From: Trichoplax adhaerens
Lineage: Eukaryota; Animalia; Placozoa
Direction of reading: 5' to 3'
Length of the DNA stretch: 64,000 nt
Assembly: GCF_000150275.1 (NCBI RefSeq)
Contig: NW_002060949.1
Coordinates: 1,919,836 to 1,983,835, forward strand
Shown here: positions 1-15,910 of the stretch, piece after piece
How the letters are laid out: each line of letters begins with the position of its first letter
Numbering within the stretch: the stretch's first letter is position 1
Notes under the pieces: model-generated
What the model saw: the letters and a program-made list of their open reading frames with translations, nothing else
What the model was told of the DNA's origin: nothing
Database searches by the model: none
Program-made: the position numbers and the translations under genes

Positions 1-882
1 TCGGATCATATCATAGAGTTAGATGCTACTCCCCAGACGTCTGAGCCGGATATTTGGGAAGTACCGCGAAATTCTATCAAGTTAACTAAAAAATTAGGGG
101 CTGGCAACTTCGGTGAAGTTTGGTCTGGTAAATGGAATGGTACTACGGATGTTGCAGTCAAACAAATGAAAGTGGGTGCAATGAAAAGGACTGCTTTTTT
201 ACGTGAGGCAGCAGTGATGAAAAAGCTACGCCATGATCATCTTATCCAATTATTGGCCGTCTGCTCTGATGGCGAGCCTATACTAATCATTACAGAGTTA
301 ATGGAAAATGGTAACTTATTAAGCTTCCTTAACACAAAAGATGGACATGCATTGACCGAAGAGTCCTTAATTAACATGGCAGCACAAGTAGCTTCTGGTA
401 TGGAGTACTTAGAGAAAAAGAATTATATCCATCGTGATTTGGCTGCTCGTAATATTTTAGTCAATAAACATAATGTATGTAAAGTAGCAGATTTTGGTTT
501 GGCACGTTTAGTGGATGAAGATATCTACAGTACTAAAGAAGAAACTAAAATTCCAATTCGATGGACTGCATTAGAAGCTATCCTTTATAACCGTTGTTCA
601 ATTAAATCGGATGTTTGGTCGTTTGGAGTACTGTTATTTGAAGTAATAACGAAAGGTAAAACACCATATGCTAACTTTAGCCATAAACAAGTGATTGATT
701 ATATACAACGAGGCGAAAGAATGGATAGACCTAATTGTTGTCCAGAAGCATTGTATACATTAATGCTTACTTGTTGGAAATACGAGCCCGAAGATCGACC
801 AACATTTGAATTTTTACATAATGCGCTTGAAAATTTTAGTTCGATGGCAGAATCTAATTACGATGAGACTAATTTGCCTTAG
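1..882 (+). CDS. Src/Frk-like non-receptor tyrosine kinase, terminal exon holding the whole kinase domain (5' part outside window)
   Basis: Frame 1 is open from base 1: ...DIWEVPRNSIKLTKKLGAGNFGEVWSGKWNGTTDVAVKQMK..., then [38 protein letters not shown] and a C-terminal tail tyrosine (ESNYDETNLP*). The ATG at 166 is internal; the true acceptor lies near or before base 1. Confidence 0.93.
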   Translation, partial: SDHIIELDATPQTSEPDIWEVPRNSIKLTKKLGAGNFGEVWSGKWNGTTDVAVKQMKVGAMKRTAFLREAAVMKKLRHDHLIQLLAVCSDGEPILIITELMENGNLLSFLNTKDGHALTEESLINMAAQVASGMEYLEKKNYIHRDLAARNILVNKHNVCKVADFGLARLVDEDIYSTKEETKIPIRWTALEAILYNRCSIKSDVWSFGVLLFEVITKGKTPYANFSHKQVIDYIQRGERMDRPNCCPEALYTLMLTCWKYEPEDRPTFEFLHNALENFSSMAESNYDETNLP

Positions 883-2399
883 TCCACTGCTATTATTTAT
901 GCAGGACGCGATTTACTATGACGGATTAATTTCTTTTACAAGAATTAATCATATAATTTACTGATAGACCTTTATACATTTGATACTCTAAACCTAGACA
1001 CTTGTATAATATGTCCGATTAGCTATTCTTAAACAACACGAGTATGCATACATGTTGTAGCTATTGCCAACTATATTCCATTTATTCTATTCAATGGATG
1101 TTTCAACTTCAGCAAAGGTCACAGTATATTATTACATAGTCTGTTAAATCAATAGGCTAATAAAAGTGATAAAATACTCTGTTCAAGACAAAACTTCTCC
1201 GTTACTTTAAGGATTGAAAATTGACTTAAAATTTAAGTGCCAAGTTTAAATCAAATCGTATTGCCTATCACTGCTTATGATTGAAACTAGAGTAATCTTA
1301 GTTTAATTGAAAAATTCGTTATAAGTAAATGTTCTTACCATCTAATTTACATCCAAGTAATAAGGAAATGCTTGACATCGATAAGAATTCAAATGAATTG
1401 CTTAAAATATAAATAACGTAATGTTTTATTCTATAAATAGAAGTATATATTTAACGGATAATGATTCTTTTCCTAATAGTATCCACGACTGCAATAATAT
1501 TATACCCATAGAGGTAAAGGCTTTTTCTTTTTACCGCTATGGTTGTACTGCTAAAAATTTCCTTGAAATCATTTCCGTACAAAAATACTTATGACATTGG
1601 ATTGCTATTTTATTCTTAGTAGTAGCTATACATTTAGGACGTACCTTGTCATTTTCGTAACCGATTAAAGCTCTTTCTAAAAATATCATTCAGCAATATT
1701 GCTTAAGTCAAGCTTTTTTGACACAATGAAGGAATAAAACATTAGAGTATGCGGGTATTAATGATAACCGCAATGCTACTACACCTTTTGGCATATAGAA
1801 TTCGTTTCATGATATCACCTACGATTATTCACTGGTAGTTTATCTAACAACTTACCCCATCGCAATTAAGATATTCACTATACAGAGATCGAACAGCAAT
1901 AAGTCAAATTCTTTAAAGGTTCATTTTATTTTGGAATGATGTTGATTAACTTATAGTAAATTTAAATATGCTCTTTTTGCACGATATAAAATCTCCGTAC
2001 AATTATCTTTATTACTTACAACTATCATCATAAACAATGATAGAATTAGGTTTTAGAGATAAGATATTATGATTTAAAGTTCAATGGAGTTGAAAGCACA
2101 TATTGTAATTAATTTTCAACAAGTTCGTTTAACGAGAATAATATTACTATACATATTCTTGCATAAGGGTAACTTAATGCCAAGTTATAATTCTTAGAAT
2201 AATATTAGCATCTTTCCCAATTGTATTTTATACCTATCTATACCATATAGTCATATGGTTCAGACAAAAATCGAATGATTGGTAATAAGATTAGAATTGA
2301 TACAATATGTTAACCTTTGCTATCAGATAGCGTTAATAAGATGCCATGGGCAGTGGTACAATATAGGAACTTAGAGTGAAAAATCTTGATCGTAACAAT

Positions 2400-4782
<2,383 letters not shown>

Positions 4783-4946
4783 ACTGGCTGACTTTTAGTA
4801 CATCGAATTATTATGGTACTTTCTTTGAAAATTTAGGCAGACACTCTTAGCTTCGATATGAAATACTATCTGAGGAATCTATAGAAGTAATTTTATATAG
4901 GCAACTATGTCATACTGTATATCCTAGATATCACAACAAGTATACT

Positions 4947-4982
4947 GTTACCATGATGATGTGGATTCATCACCATAGCAAC
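4947..4982. promoter_or_regulatory. Inverted pair of RFX X-box-like motifs upstream of PPP1R42
   Basis: GTTACCATGATGAT (4947-4960) and ATCACCATAGCAAC (4969-4982), 165-200 bp upstream of the ATG; both resemble the X-box consensus GTHNYYATRRNAAC. Confidence 0.55.
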
Positions 4983-5317
4983 CGCTAACTTAGAGTAATC
5001 AGTATGGGCAGTGATTCAGCATACTAACGAGCGTGCGCTCTTACCAGCTATCGTCTACCAATCGCTAGTATTATTCCAATGACGTAGGTCTAAACTATTC
5101 GTTAGGATACCTGCTATATATATCCAGGCCGAGCAGCTAGTACTTTCCCTGAAGTAACATACAGTGGTATTCGCGCTAAAGTGCCTTTAACAGTAATATG
5201 GATCAGATTGAGAATTGTGATGAAGTTACAGTAAGTTACAGTAAGTTGCTAGATTTATTAGAATATTTACATATATTGCAGTTCATAGTTTACGTAGAAG
5301 TATATGACCCAGCTAAA

Positions 5318-5580
5318 ACCTGATCCCGGCTATTATCCGAACTAAAGAGCAAAAATATTAGAACTTCGGGCTTTAGCCGGCTATGCCGGCGCTTTAAGTA
5401 TAACGATAATCATATTAATAGAATTTATTGCTTTACTAAAGTCTTAAGTAAGATGCCGAAGGACTAAAGATAGTTTATTTTCTTTCTGTTTACTAAATAG
5501 TCGCTCTTTAACCATAGCACTATGTTTGCCCTAATTCGGACTAAAGCCGATTATTATGGATAATAGCCGGAATTTGGGTA
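5318..5580. mobile_element. MITE-like element with imperfect terminal inverted repeats
   Basis: ccggctattatcc (5326-5338) is the exact reverse complement of ggataatagccgg (5558-5570). Flanking tccgaactaaagagcaaaaata also matches the reverse complement of tatgtttgccctaattcgga. GC-richer ends around an AT-rich core, no ORF. Confidence 0.45.
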
Positions 5581-5924
5581 TACTGCAAGCCGTAAAATAT
5601 AGATTGGCTAGAAGTAGAAATAAGTCAAGCTAAAAGTTCAGTATATAGATAGGAATTATTACAAATTACCTATTAATCATTGCGAACTTTTTAGAGAGTG
5701 CAGTTAGTCGATTAGAAACATACATATGTAGAGACGAGTGAGGCCTATATCTAACGAGCTTCTACGGTTCTAGTAGCAATAACATTCCCATATAAAAACT
5801 CATTATAACTAATGCTAATTGTATTTAGATTCTTGACGGTATGATAGTAATCTACATTCTCTACTAGAATGATTATACGATCTTCAATTAAATAGCAGCC
5901 CAGAAATACGTAGGTTTACTAGAG

Positions 5925-6140
5925 GTAAAATAAAGTAATTGTGCAATTAGCTGTAACAAAAATCTAGCCAAATAGTAAATAAAATTTTAAACAATAACGT
6001 GATTTTGATTCAATTATACAGCATATACTATAAGTAAAATAAAGCAATTATGCACTTAGCAGTAACAGAACTTTAGCTAAATAGTAAATAAATAAATTTA
6101 ACAATAACTTAATTATAATTCACCTATATAGCCCCTACGA
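5925..6140. repeat. Tandem duplication, period about 109 bp
   Basis: gtaaaataaagtaattgtgcaattagctgtaaca...aaatagtaaataaa...aacaataac recurs as gtaaaataaagcaattatgcacttagcagtaaca...aaatagtaaataaa...aacaataac. Confidence 0.8.
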
Positions 6141-7555
6141 GTACGTCTATAGATAACGTATTGATTTAATATGCTATAATTAAGACATATTAATTGTTAC
6201 CAATTATTTACACCAAATTGGGAAAAATAAATTATTAACAATTGTACGGTATTTGAAGGACAGTATTTGGTTATTGGCAAGTATATTAGACCGAAATGCT
6301 TACGTAGTTGCAAACTTAGCTAATATTAGCAATAGTATTCTCGAAATTTTCACCAAATGTCTCTTATTTCAGTAATCTTGACTGAATTCAGACTCATAAT
6401 CATAATTGATATTTTGATTTGAATGTTTACACGCATTACGGTTTAATAGTAATCTATAATACAAGCAATTACTGTTCAATAGCAGGTTACATTACGTAGA
6501 TATCCCAAGAGCAAATATAAGTCAATTATGCAAATGGTGGTAATGAAAATGATGTTTCAGCTAAATTATAAATAAGTTATTCAATAATAACTTCATTGTA
6601 CTATGTAATTCGAGTAAATAGCATATAGTTATATCTATTCATTGCCTGATCTGTAACCATATACTGCTGCATGTGAACTATATAATAATTTAATAACTGC
6701 TGCAGGTTATACTTATCAAATCAAAAGAATTTGTTTATTAGCAATTGCATCATTTTTAAAAGATGTCATTTGTTTATCAACAGTACAATATCAGCTGAGA
6801 AGATCGGGATGTTTATGAATATAATGAACACAATTAATTCCGCTATTAACATAGCAATCGCCTAAAAGTCTTATGTAATACTTTTTAGTTACATTAAGAT
6901 TCATAGATGTTATCATAATTTTAGTTCATTTAACGCCGTTCATGCTCATTCAGTTCGATATTACTCTAGAATCAATGAGTTTACTAAAAATGAAGTAGAT
7001 TTGATAAGCAATTAGCAATAACGGAAATAGTTTAGTAAATGACAAACACACAAATAAAAATATTACCCTTATTTTACATTTGTAATTCAAATGCATATGA
7101 TCATATACCTTAATTGCATTATCAAATGAATGTTGTGCGCATTAGTTGGCACAAGTAATCATAGGTAATACTTAAATGATTAATTTATTAATTTATTACA
7201 TAATAATTATGCTAGTTATGATGGATGCCACTCGTTCACTACAAATATAAATAGAGCAAACTGAAATGTTGAATTGTAATGGACGCAATTAATGCTAGCA
7301 GTAATACAAGTAATTCTTACGTAAAAGTTCTTTATTGCAATAATGGTGTTGATTTTTCTTGAATAGACAATTTGAATGCATTCAAACTTTGATATTCGTA
7401 TACTGGTTAAACATTCTGAGAGGAAAGAGAAATAATATTGATTAGCATCAGGCTACTGAAATGCCTCAAATCGATTCCAAATATCTATAATATAGTCGTA
7501 AAGTTGCTGGTGCTATTATTTTATTTGTTTTAAAATGTCCATGTTATACATGATA

Positions 7556-7781
7556 ATTGTAATAAGTTGGCCAAACTATAGACACATCAATCGTCTATGC
7601 TATATTTATTAGGAACTCCACACTAAGATTTATCAACAATGTCCAAAATTTACGAATTCTGCAGAGCTGTAAATATATTTGAAAATGATCAGAATATACA
7701 ATTTTATTGTAATAAGTTGGCCAAACTATAGGCTCATCAATGGTTTATATCATATTTATTAGCAATACTGCCCTAAGATTT
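7556..7781. repeat. Direct repeat of about 75 bp, spaced about 150 bp
   Basis: attgtaataagttggccaaactatag...catcaat...atatttattag...ctaagattt at 7556 and 7706. Confidence 0.85.
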
Positions 7782-10700
7782 TCACAGTATAACGCATTTG
7801 CTTGTTTCTATATATCCATACTCATAATAATGAAGCTACAAGATTAGATATCCTTGATCCTTAAATTATAAAAGGCATAAAAAATGATAATGTTATAGAA
7901 ATGATACTTTTTCAAGTTATTAATGAATATTGAAGCGATAACAGTAGTAATCAGCCAAATTTAACGCTTAAAATTTGAACGCTACGAACATACAGATCAT
8001 ATCTATGGGTAATGTAAAGCAAATTGAACGAGTATTGTTGTAATGCTGCAAGTCTATTATGTTATAAATACTGTAACAAATGTTAACAGTAAATCACTTT
8101 AAGTAAAGCCAGTATAACTCGTTGATTTTTTTTCGTCTAACTACTAATCAATAACGAGGCGATGTAATAATACAATTAGCAAATAAAATGTAAGAATTTG
8201 TAAGTAATTGTAATTTGCCGGTATATTGATCGTTTACATGCTACGAAATGTTTTTGTCTGATAGTAAAAGAAAGAGCCCTTGTAGTATTCTCGGACAACA
8301 TCAAGCCATTGATGATTTCTATACATCATGAATGAATCATAAACAATATATAAAGAATGACTAATTTGCCAGTTATCTTCCATTTAGCTCACATAAAAAA
8401 TTGGAAAAGGAGCAGGGTAATAAATAATAATTTTTGGCTTACTGGCAATAACAAAGTAACTCTCGAATAATCTACGGCTTAGGAAAATATTATCTATGGA
8501 ATAATGGGTAACAAATTTTCGTGGACACAGTTTATTTAAGATCCGATCTAGAGGTTTAATTATATCTAGCCCCTAGGATTATCAACGGTATCATACCGCT
8601 ACCGTACCGTATATAACGGAACCATTTTCTAGATTGATACTTATATAGGATGTTTACCGCGATGATTACTGATGCGATAATTAAATTAGTCTAGAAAACA
8701 AATGATATCATCTACGCCTAAGTTTCGAAATGCTCATATTCCATATCAAAATGGATTAGTACGCAAACTAAGAGTTTAATTCATTTCTAAATTCTACTTA
8801 CTGATCTTATACAAGATATAGTAAAATATTTTTTTTAATTGAAATTAAAATAACTGATCAAGTATACGGCTTAGGGATTTAAATTATTCAAAAATTCTTG
8901 ATTATCAGATATTGTCACAGGTAATGGAAAATTTCCTTCGATTGAAATGAATATTAAGATAATCCGACCATTTTAAAAATGTAAGATACTTCTTTTCTTC
9001 TATAGTTATTAAAACGTAATACGACTATTTTTTTAGGCTGATATTCCAGCTAGTAGATCTGTTATGATTATTTTATAGTGACTGGCACCGTACTTAATTT
9101 AGATTTATGAGGTTAGCAATAGATTGCTTACGTTAGATTAAAATAATATATAATACAATGCACAAGAAGCGAGATTACTCTAGCATATGATCTCAATAGC
9201 AGTATTAATCTGGTTTATACTATCCCAAGATCACATTATTGAGTAATTCACCTTATAACATTTGAAATACTATTTATTTCTATTTTGTCATTATCGATAT
9301 AAACTATAAACAGCGTATCTCAAACCTTTCTTATCGCTTGCAAGAGTAAATCAATTATTAATACTTGATTACAATTTATAATAGAACCTTGCTAAAAAGA
9401 TTATCGCTAACTCATTATAGATAGTAATAGAACTAATTAATCGTTCTGCCGATTAGAATAAGGCTACAATAAGTACATTAAAAACAGAATGTTGGTAGCT
9501 AGCTATGTTCAATATGAATAAAATACTGGTACAATTATTTAACACTTGTTGTGATTTCTATGAAAGGGAACGTCAAAACAACAATATCGGCGCACCCTAT
9601 TCCAATCGAAAGAGTTATATAATAATAATACGGCTGAGTAGAAAGGGCTCAACAATTGCCGAAGGAGAGAGTGCAATCGTAATAATATTTTCCATTCTAT
9701 AGTATAATTAGTCATAAGATGAAGAAATATTGTCTGAATAATAATAGCTAACGTTCCTTTAATTATGATAAGATTTCTAAACATGTTTATAATTCATTCC
9801 AAGGAGTATAATGTAGAGGCAAGATATAAACTTTGTATCTTGATTTATAGACTAATTTCCTAGAAAGGCAGTGGGCAACTAAACTAGAAATCAAATACCG
9901 TCAAATAGGAAAGATGTTTTGCTTATAACTATCTTTAATAGTATACTGCTGCTAATTTTAGTTGTTATTTATTGGAATGATTCAAATTATACAAAAGCAA
10001 GGAAACAACTTTGCTATTTTATGTCCTGGTCGTGTTGTACTACTAATTTGGCCATTGTAATTTTAGATTGGTTATAATCCCTGAAGACAATATTAGTCAT
10101 TTCCTGTTGATTAAATTTAATCTTCAAATTGGAATGGAATAATAAATCGTATTTACTAGAAGAATTTACATTTTTATCTAATATAATTTCGTAGTTTATG
10201 CTTTGATAGCGAGGGCTGATGGTCAAGATGGCAACAACCCGGTCAATCTTGAATTTATATAAGACATCATGGACGACAGAAATAAAATATAATACTATTT
10301 TACCCCGATTGGGATCGGAATGTTTGCATAATGTGACGTCAAAAAATTGTTAATTAAAATAAGAGTAACAGGGCTTTGTCGATAAAGAAAAGGGTAAAAG
10401 AATCGACTAGTTAACGGCAATAAAAGAGTTCTTTCGTAAATAATTCAACGATAATTATAAAGTACATGTAGTGTCTTTCTATTCATTGTACACCATCTTC
10501 TATAGCCAATCTCAGCGACGTGAAAATCATGTTTAGGAACAATAAAATAAATACTAATATAAAGCAATCTAATTATATGTCTGACTGTCTTACATTAGAG
10601 ATTATAAGTTGGTAAACATCGGCTTAATATTTGAATTCATCGCTATCAATGGCGAGTATATTTTTATTCGTATCATATAAATAATATAGATAACAATGAT

Positions 10701-11630
10701 TTAAGTACAAATTTAGATTTTTACTAGTAATTCAACCATGATAAATTCTTATTTGGTTAGATCTAAATCTACAACACCTTACATTAGTTAAATTAATAAG
10801 TTGAAATATCATAATTTAAAATTGAAATTATTAAAATTATTAGTTTATGTGCTTTCTCTATGGCAACCTATAATATTAACGTGATTTGTTTATGATTTAC
10901 GTGATAGTAGTTAGGTGTTAGATCAAATTGGGATAGTAAAAATAGCCCACTCGCTCGCTTATAGATGATGACATAAATCATGACCGAGGTTGTGACAGGA
11001 AAAAAACATTGAGAATCTTCTAGCAGATGGATATGGTTATGATAGAATGGCGATGAAAGCGTGTCAAAAATACTCCATAAAATGACTAAAATCCATTTCT
11101 TACTGCTTCTTATATCAACGGAAATAAGAACCACTGAACTTAACAAACCCTACGTTCCTATCTCATGAAGTGATATAGTAGGATAGTCATTCATGGATAA
11201 ATTGGAAGATGGCCGATCGACGACTAGATTGATATTGTGAATTTAGTGTAAAATAACAGCATATATTGTTTGTGATATTATCCATAATATAATTGGAAAC
11301 AACTTTGAATTTATTGAAAGTCAACAAATATACTGTTTGTTGATAATATAATTTCAATAGCTTGATGGATGCATTGTGCAGATATTGTTCCAAGCTTGCT
11401 TCGCTACAGGCATATTTTGCATAGGAAGTAATAATGTGTATTCAAATGAAAGTCGCCCTAGGCGGTACAATATATAAGTCATGTAGTTTCGTTGATTATC
11501 AATCAATTTAATAATTATTGGCCAGCGAATTGTGACATTTAGCATTACTATCACGTTCAAAACGCATTGATTGAGAAGGAAATTTAATTTTATTAAGCCC
11601 ATTATCCACTCTTTTTGGCATTCATTAGCA

Positions 11631-12662
11631 ATGGATTCGTTATGTAGCGAATATGGAGTTGCAACAGCAGCCACTGGTATCGCAAATCGTAGAAATAAGA
11701 ATGAAAATCAGATATTAGTTAGAAAGTTGCAACGTTTAGAGAAGGAAGTCTGCTTAGCATCCAAGAAAATGTTACGTGATCGCCAGGAGGTTCGTTTTCA
11801 GATGCTTAAATTAAAAGCTACAAATTCACCGGTTATGCAACGCCAGTCACCTCTACCTACAATTGATCCTTCTATGCCTCTTTTGCGACCAACAGTTCAT
11901 AAAAATGATTATCGAGATGATCAAATCAATTCAGTACCTAAAATAGTCACTGAAAATTCATTATCATACACGTATAAGAAATCACCTGGTAGGAATCGAT
12001 CAGAATCTGATGGTATCTTAGTCCAAAAGCAATCACATTGCATAGCTACCAATAATCAAAGTTCTGTACCAAGAAGGCGCCTAGAATCAGATACTAGATT
12101 AATACAGAAACCATCGAATAAGCTATCTTACAAAGGCAGCCCGCTAGCCAGAAGACGTTTATTATTATCACAACACCACAACTCTGAAAGTGATCTTCTT
12201 CAACGACTTTGTCAAAAGCCAGATAATATCCATCATTCATTCAATGATAATAGCAGCATAAACGATCAAAAACCAGATCATATCCATCATCCATTTAATG
12301 ATAATAATAACACCTTAAATCATGAGAAAGTTCCTCAAGCAGAGGTTAAAACAAAAGTAGCCTTTACTGGGGATAACCTTATTTTTTCTTCCAAGAATGA
12401 GTTTCATTCAGAGCGGCTACGCCGACATAGACAACTATCAAAATTGGTCTTGCCTCATATTAATAGAAATCAAGGACATTTGTACCATGATGAAGAGGAA
12501 GATGAATACAGTGCAATGGCTAATCAACTTGGGCCCCTAACTAAAGCCTATTTAAGCTCACCATCACCAGTATCCTCAGCACGAAGGTGTAGTAGTGATA
12601 CATTTAAAACCGATCAGTCTGACTGGCTTGATGAAACAAGCTCAGATGAAGAATCTAGCTAA
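11631..12662 (+). CDS. Single-exon 343-aa protein: N-terminal coiled coil plus Ser/Arg-rich disordered region (paralog of 22926-23744; tentative CCDC190-like N-terminus)
   Basis: Long ORF in AT-rich DNA; first ATG at 11631 (the track starts at an upstream TTG). Shares three ordered motifs with the ORF at 22926. Confidence 0.8.
   Translation: MDSLCSEYGVATAATGIANRRNKNENQILVRKLQRLEKEVCLASKKMLRDRQEVRFQMLKLKATNSPVMQRQSPLPTIDPSMPLLRPTVHKNDYRDDQINSVPKIVTENSLSYTYKKSPGRNRSESDGILVQKQSHCIATNNQSSVPRRRLESDTRLIQKPSNKLSYKGSPLARRRLLLSQHHNSESDLLQRLCQKPDNIHHSFNDNSSINDQKPDHIHHPFNDNNNTLNHEKVPQAEVKTKVAFTGDNLIFSSKNEFHSERLRRHRQLSKLVLPHINRNQGHLYHDEEEDEYSAMANQLGPLTKAYLSSPSPVSSARRCSSDTFKTDQSDWLDETSSDEESS
12213..12320 (+). 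repeat. In-frame 54-bp (18-aa) tandem duplication inside the CDS
   Basis: QKPDNIHHSFNDNSSIND / QKPDHIHHPFNDNNNTL; units start at 12213 and 12267. Confidence 0.9.
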
Positions 12663-15283
12663 AATTAAAACCTATTCTATTGGTATCTGTGGAGGTTAAT
12701 GAAACGGATTTGGACAAGAAGAGGATTTTATTAATAGTCAAGCTAAAGCCTAATTATGATATAGATCACTTAATGAAATGAACTTGAAAGAGCAAATGAT
12801 CCTAAAATAATCCTAATTGATATATGTCTATTTAATTATTAGATTTCGAATAATTCTACGGTCAAATCATTTTTATTTTAATAGAATATGATCTAATAGA
12901 AAAGTTTTTCTTTTCTATACAAGAATAACACTGAATCTTAATATTGCAAATGTGCCCAATGATATGTTTACTATTTTAATGGACAACTCAAGAAAATAGC
13001 AGTAACCATTGCAATTTTCATCCAGACTATTTGTTTATTTAATCTGTGCAGATATAAATAACTCGTACACTGCCTCTTAAGTATGACGTAAAATATAGTA
13101 GCCCAAATCTCATTATAATAACAATCGAAAGGATGGCATTCCATTGAATTGAACGAGATCTTATTTCTCTTCTCTCTCACATTAGTTAGATTTGAGGCTA
13201 GGTAACTTGAAATTATTTATGCAATTCAGCTAAATTAGAAATGGATAAATTCGTCTCTATCTTTAAAATCACACAAAAATTATCTAGAAATAAGAATATA
13301 TTTTTTCTACTGCTACCTGTAAATGATTAGACAACATTGCAAGTGGCTACCTCTTTGCTGCTAAAATCAACTATTTTGCTGCGGATGTAAAGTGTAATAC
13401 TCTTAATTAGAAGCTATGTACTGCCATCGGCTATACCAAGCAATATTATGATAATAATTTCTATTAATTGACTGCTTTATTGATGTTGCACTGTGATTAA
13501 TATATATTATAAATCAACATATTGTACTATCAATACAATTGCTTATTATGCCAACGTTAATAATATTGATATTACTAGTAAACTAATTGAACTGATATGA
13601 TCTACTCTTTGTAAATAATACGGTATAAAATTGCTGAATTGAATATATTAATCCTCCAACAAGCTGTGGTGTAATTTACTTTCGAAGATTTTTTAGCCTA
13701 ATTCAACATGCTATTAATCCTTTTGTAATTTATATTCAACTTCGTTGCAGCCTTCTAATCTATGGATATTATTTCCACTTGGATCTTATGAGTGACTAAA
13801 TTGTGAAGGAATATGGCTGGATTATATCTAAATACGTCTTGTATATGAGTACACCTATTATTATAATGGATTGCCGTAATTAACTTCAATAAATATCTTT
13901 CAATTTGTGCTAATTATTTCGACTACTGTGTTTTACTTTCTTGCATTATTAATATTTTCCATCATGGCAATTTACCGAGAATGTAGGCCGAAACGGAAAT
14001 CTATTAGATAGTACTATAAAAACACTCTATAAGAGTTGGGCGGCTGATATATTATGCAGATGTTGAGTTAAAAAATAGTTAATTACCGACTTTCGGAGAT
14101 AGAACTCGGTATAGCGTTTTCTGATGCATTATCACTCAAAGTGTAGTTATTCATTTGATTTCATGGTGTGGCATTTTTTAAGTTATAAATTAGCACCAGA
14201 TCTACATGAACATATCTGATAAAATAACTCTTACTGAAGTTAATGGTGATACGGTATAGAGCAATGGGTGGAAATTTTAGAAACTACTGCAACTGCTTTA
14301 CTTTGTTATAATCATTATTCATAATTATATTATTAAAGCTTACTGAAGAAAGTATCTTAGTGTTTATTTTCGTACTATACTATTACTATTTAGGATCTTG
14401 GGCGTAACATTCTTTTAGCGCTTCTATTTATTTTGCTATGTAATCCCAGAATAGAAGGAATATCAGTAACAATTGTTTGAAAAAGTTATAGGCAGCAGCA
14501 ATCATTGATGATACTCTGCTACTCGTAATCCTTTCCTTGATTTATCAAATCAATATTTTGAAGGGGTGGCAGGATATAACATTTTACGGTATGCGATTAG
14601 AATGATTCTAACTTTAGAAAAGAAATCCATTCGGCTAGTTGATCTGTGTGGGGTATAAAAGCTACCCATCTGTTTGCCAGGTTAAGCCAGAAATTTCCTT
14701 TGAAATTGTAGACGTCCAGGATTATTTCTAATCTTGACCTAGTGACCGCTTCAACAAAGTAGGCGGAGCACTAATATGGTAAAGGTCAGCTAACTATATT
14801 AATCCCGGGCTCTGATGAAATATTACTACCCTTAAATTGTTGCTACTTACGTTACGAATTCTCTGCACTTAAAAGCGTAACTATTCTGATAGGAAATTTG
14901 GTTATGTTCGTTTGCTATTTGTGGAATACCAATATAATCTTATTGACAAAGTCGATTAAAAACTAGATTACCCATCTATAGAATCGCTATAATATATGCC
15001 AAAATAGAGAGACTTTTAAAGAGGATAACAGCAAGTTGCAGGATATTCATCTCTCACACTTTGGTAGCCTAGCTTATCTGATAGAAAATTCAGTTTTGGT
15101 ATATCTTTATACTTGCATCAGCTGCTGTTTCTCACGTAATATCAACATAGACATCTTATGGTCAAGGTAGACTATAACTCGATAGAGGTAAACGAAAAGT
15201 TTTTACCTATATGGGCTATTCTTTGCAAAGCCAACATGCCACATGCCTTAATATAGATGCTCTTTAATTAAGAGAATAACAAT

Positions 15284-15910
15284 AAATTAAGTCTCGTTTA
15301 TGCTGTAGATTTCTCATACTTTTACTGACATTCGTCGCCTTTAAGATAGAAATTTGGGGATTATAGGGTGGGTAGATGGATAATCCCTTCTGCATTAGCA
15401 CATCCTATTTGATTCAATGTACTTAAAGAGCCTACTTATAGAAGAACAGTAAATTAAGGCCTATTCTTGCTGTAGATATCGGAAAAATTGATACCTGTTA
15501 TGTCGGAATCAGAATAATAATATGTGTATGTGCTAGCTTACAGTAGTAGTATACCAAAAATGTGTATTAGTCTACCTAAGCAATAAATTGTATTGTCTAG
15601 GTGGACTAACGAAGAGATTATAGGAACAACAAATTAATGCTTATTAATATTATAGATTTCCTACACTCGGTTGCGTGCCATGGACACCGCATTTTCCGCT
15701 TTTTTTAATGCTAGTTACTGCTCTCTTTTATGATATACTGCATGTGAAATTCACAAGTCTTATTGACAAGATCTACTAATAGATTGGATCACTTTTAGTG
15801 CACAATCACTAATATGTATGACTGAATGTGCTTATTTTGTAGAAGCCCTCTCAAAATATAAGGGCAATTTAAGGCTTATTGATGTTGTAAATTTCCTACA
15901 CTTGGTAGCT
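15284..15910. repeat. Degenerate tandem array, irregular 170-235 bp period
   Basis: Core aaattaa[g/t]gc[c/t]tatt..tg[c/t]tgtagatttcctacact at about 15284, 15451, 15631 and 15866. Confidence 0.55.

Noticed and set aside
11571-11630. N-terminal extension of the 363-aa ORF from a TTG start
   Set aside because: Eukaryotic locus; the first ATG is at 11631 and similarity to the paralog begins after it.
14390-14660. Signal-peptide-like and short open frames on the plus strand
   Set aside because: Interrupted by stops, no recognisable domain, no consistent exon chain.
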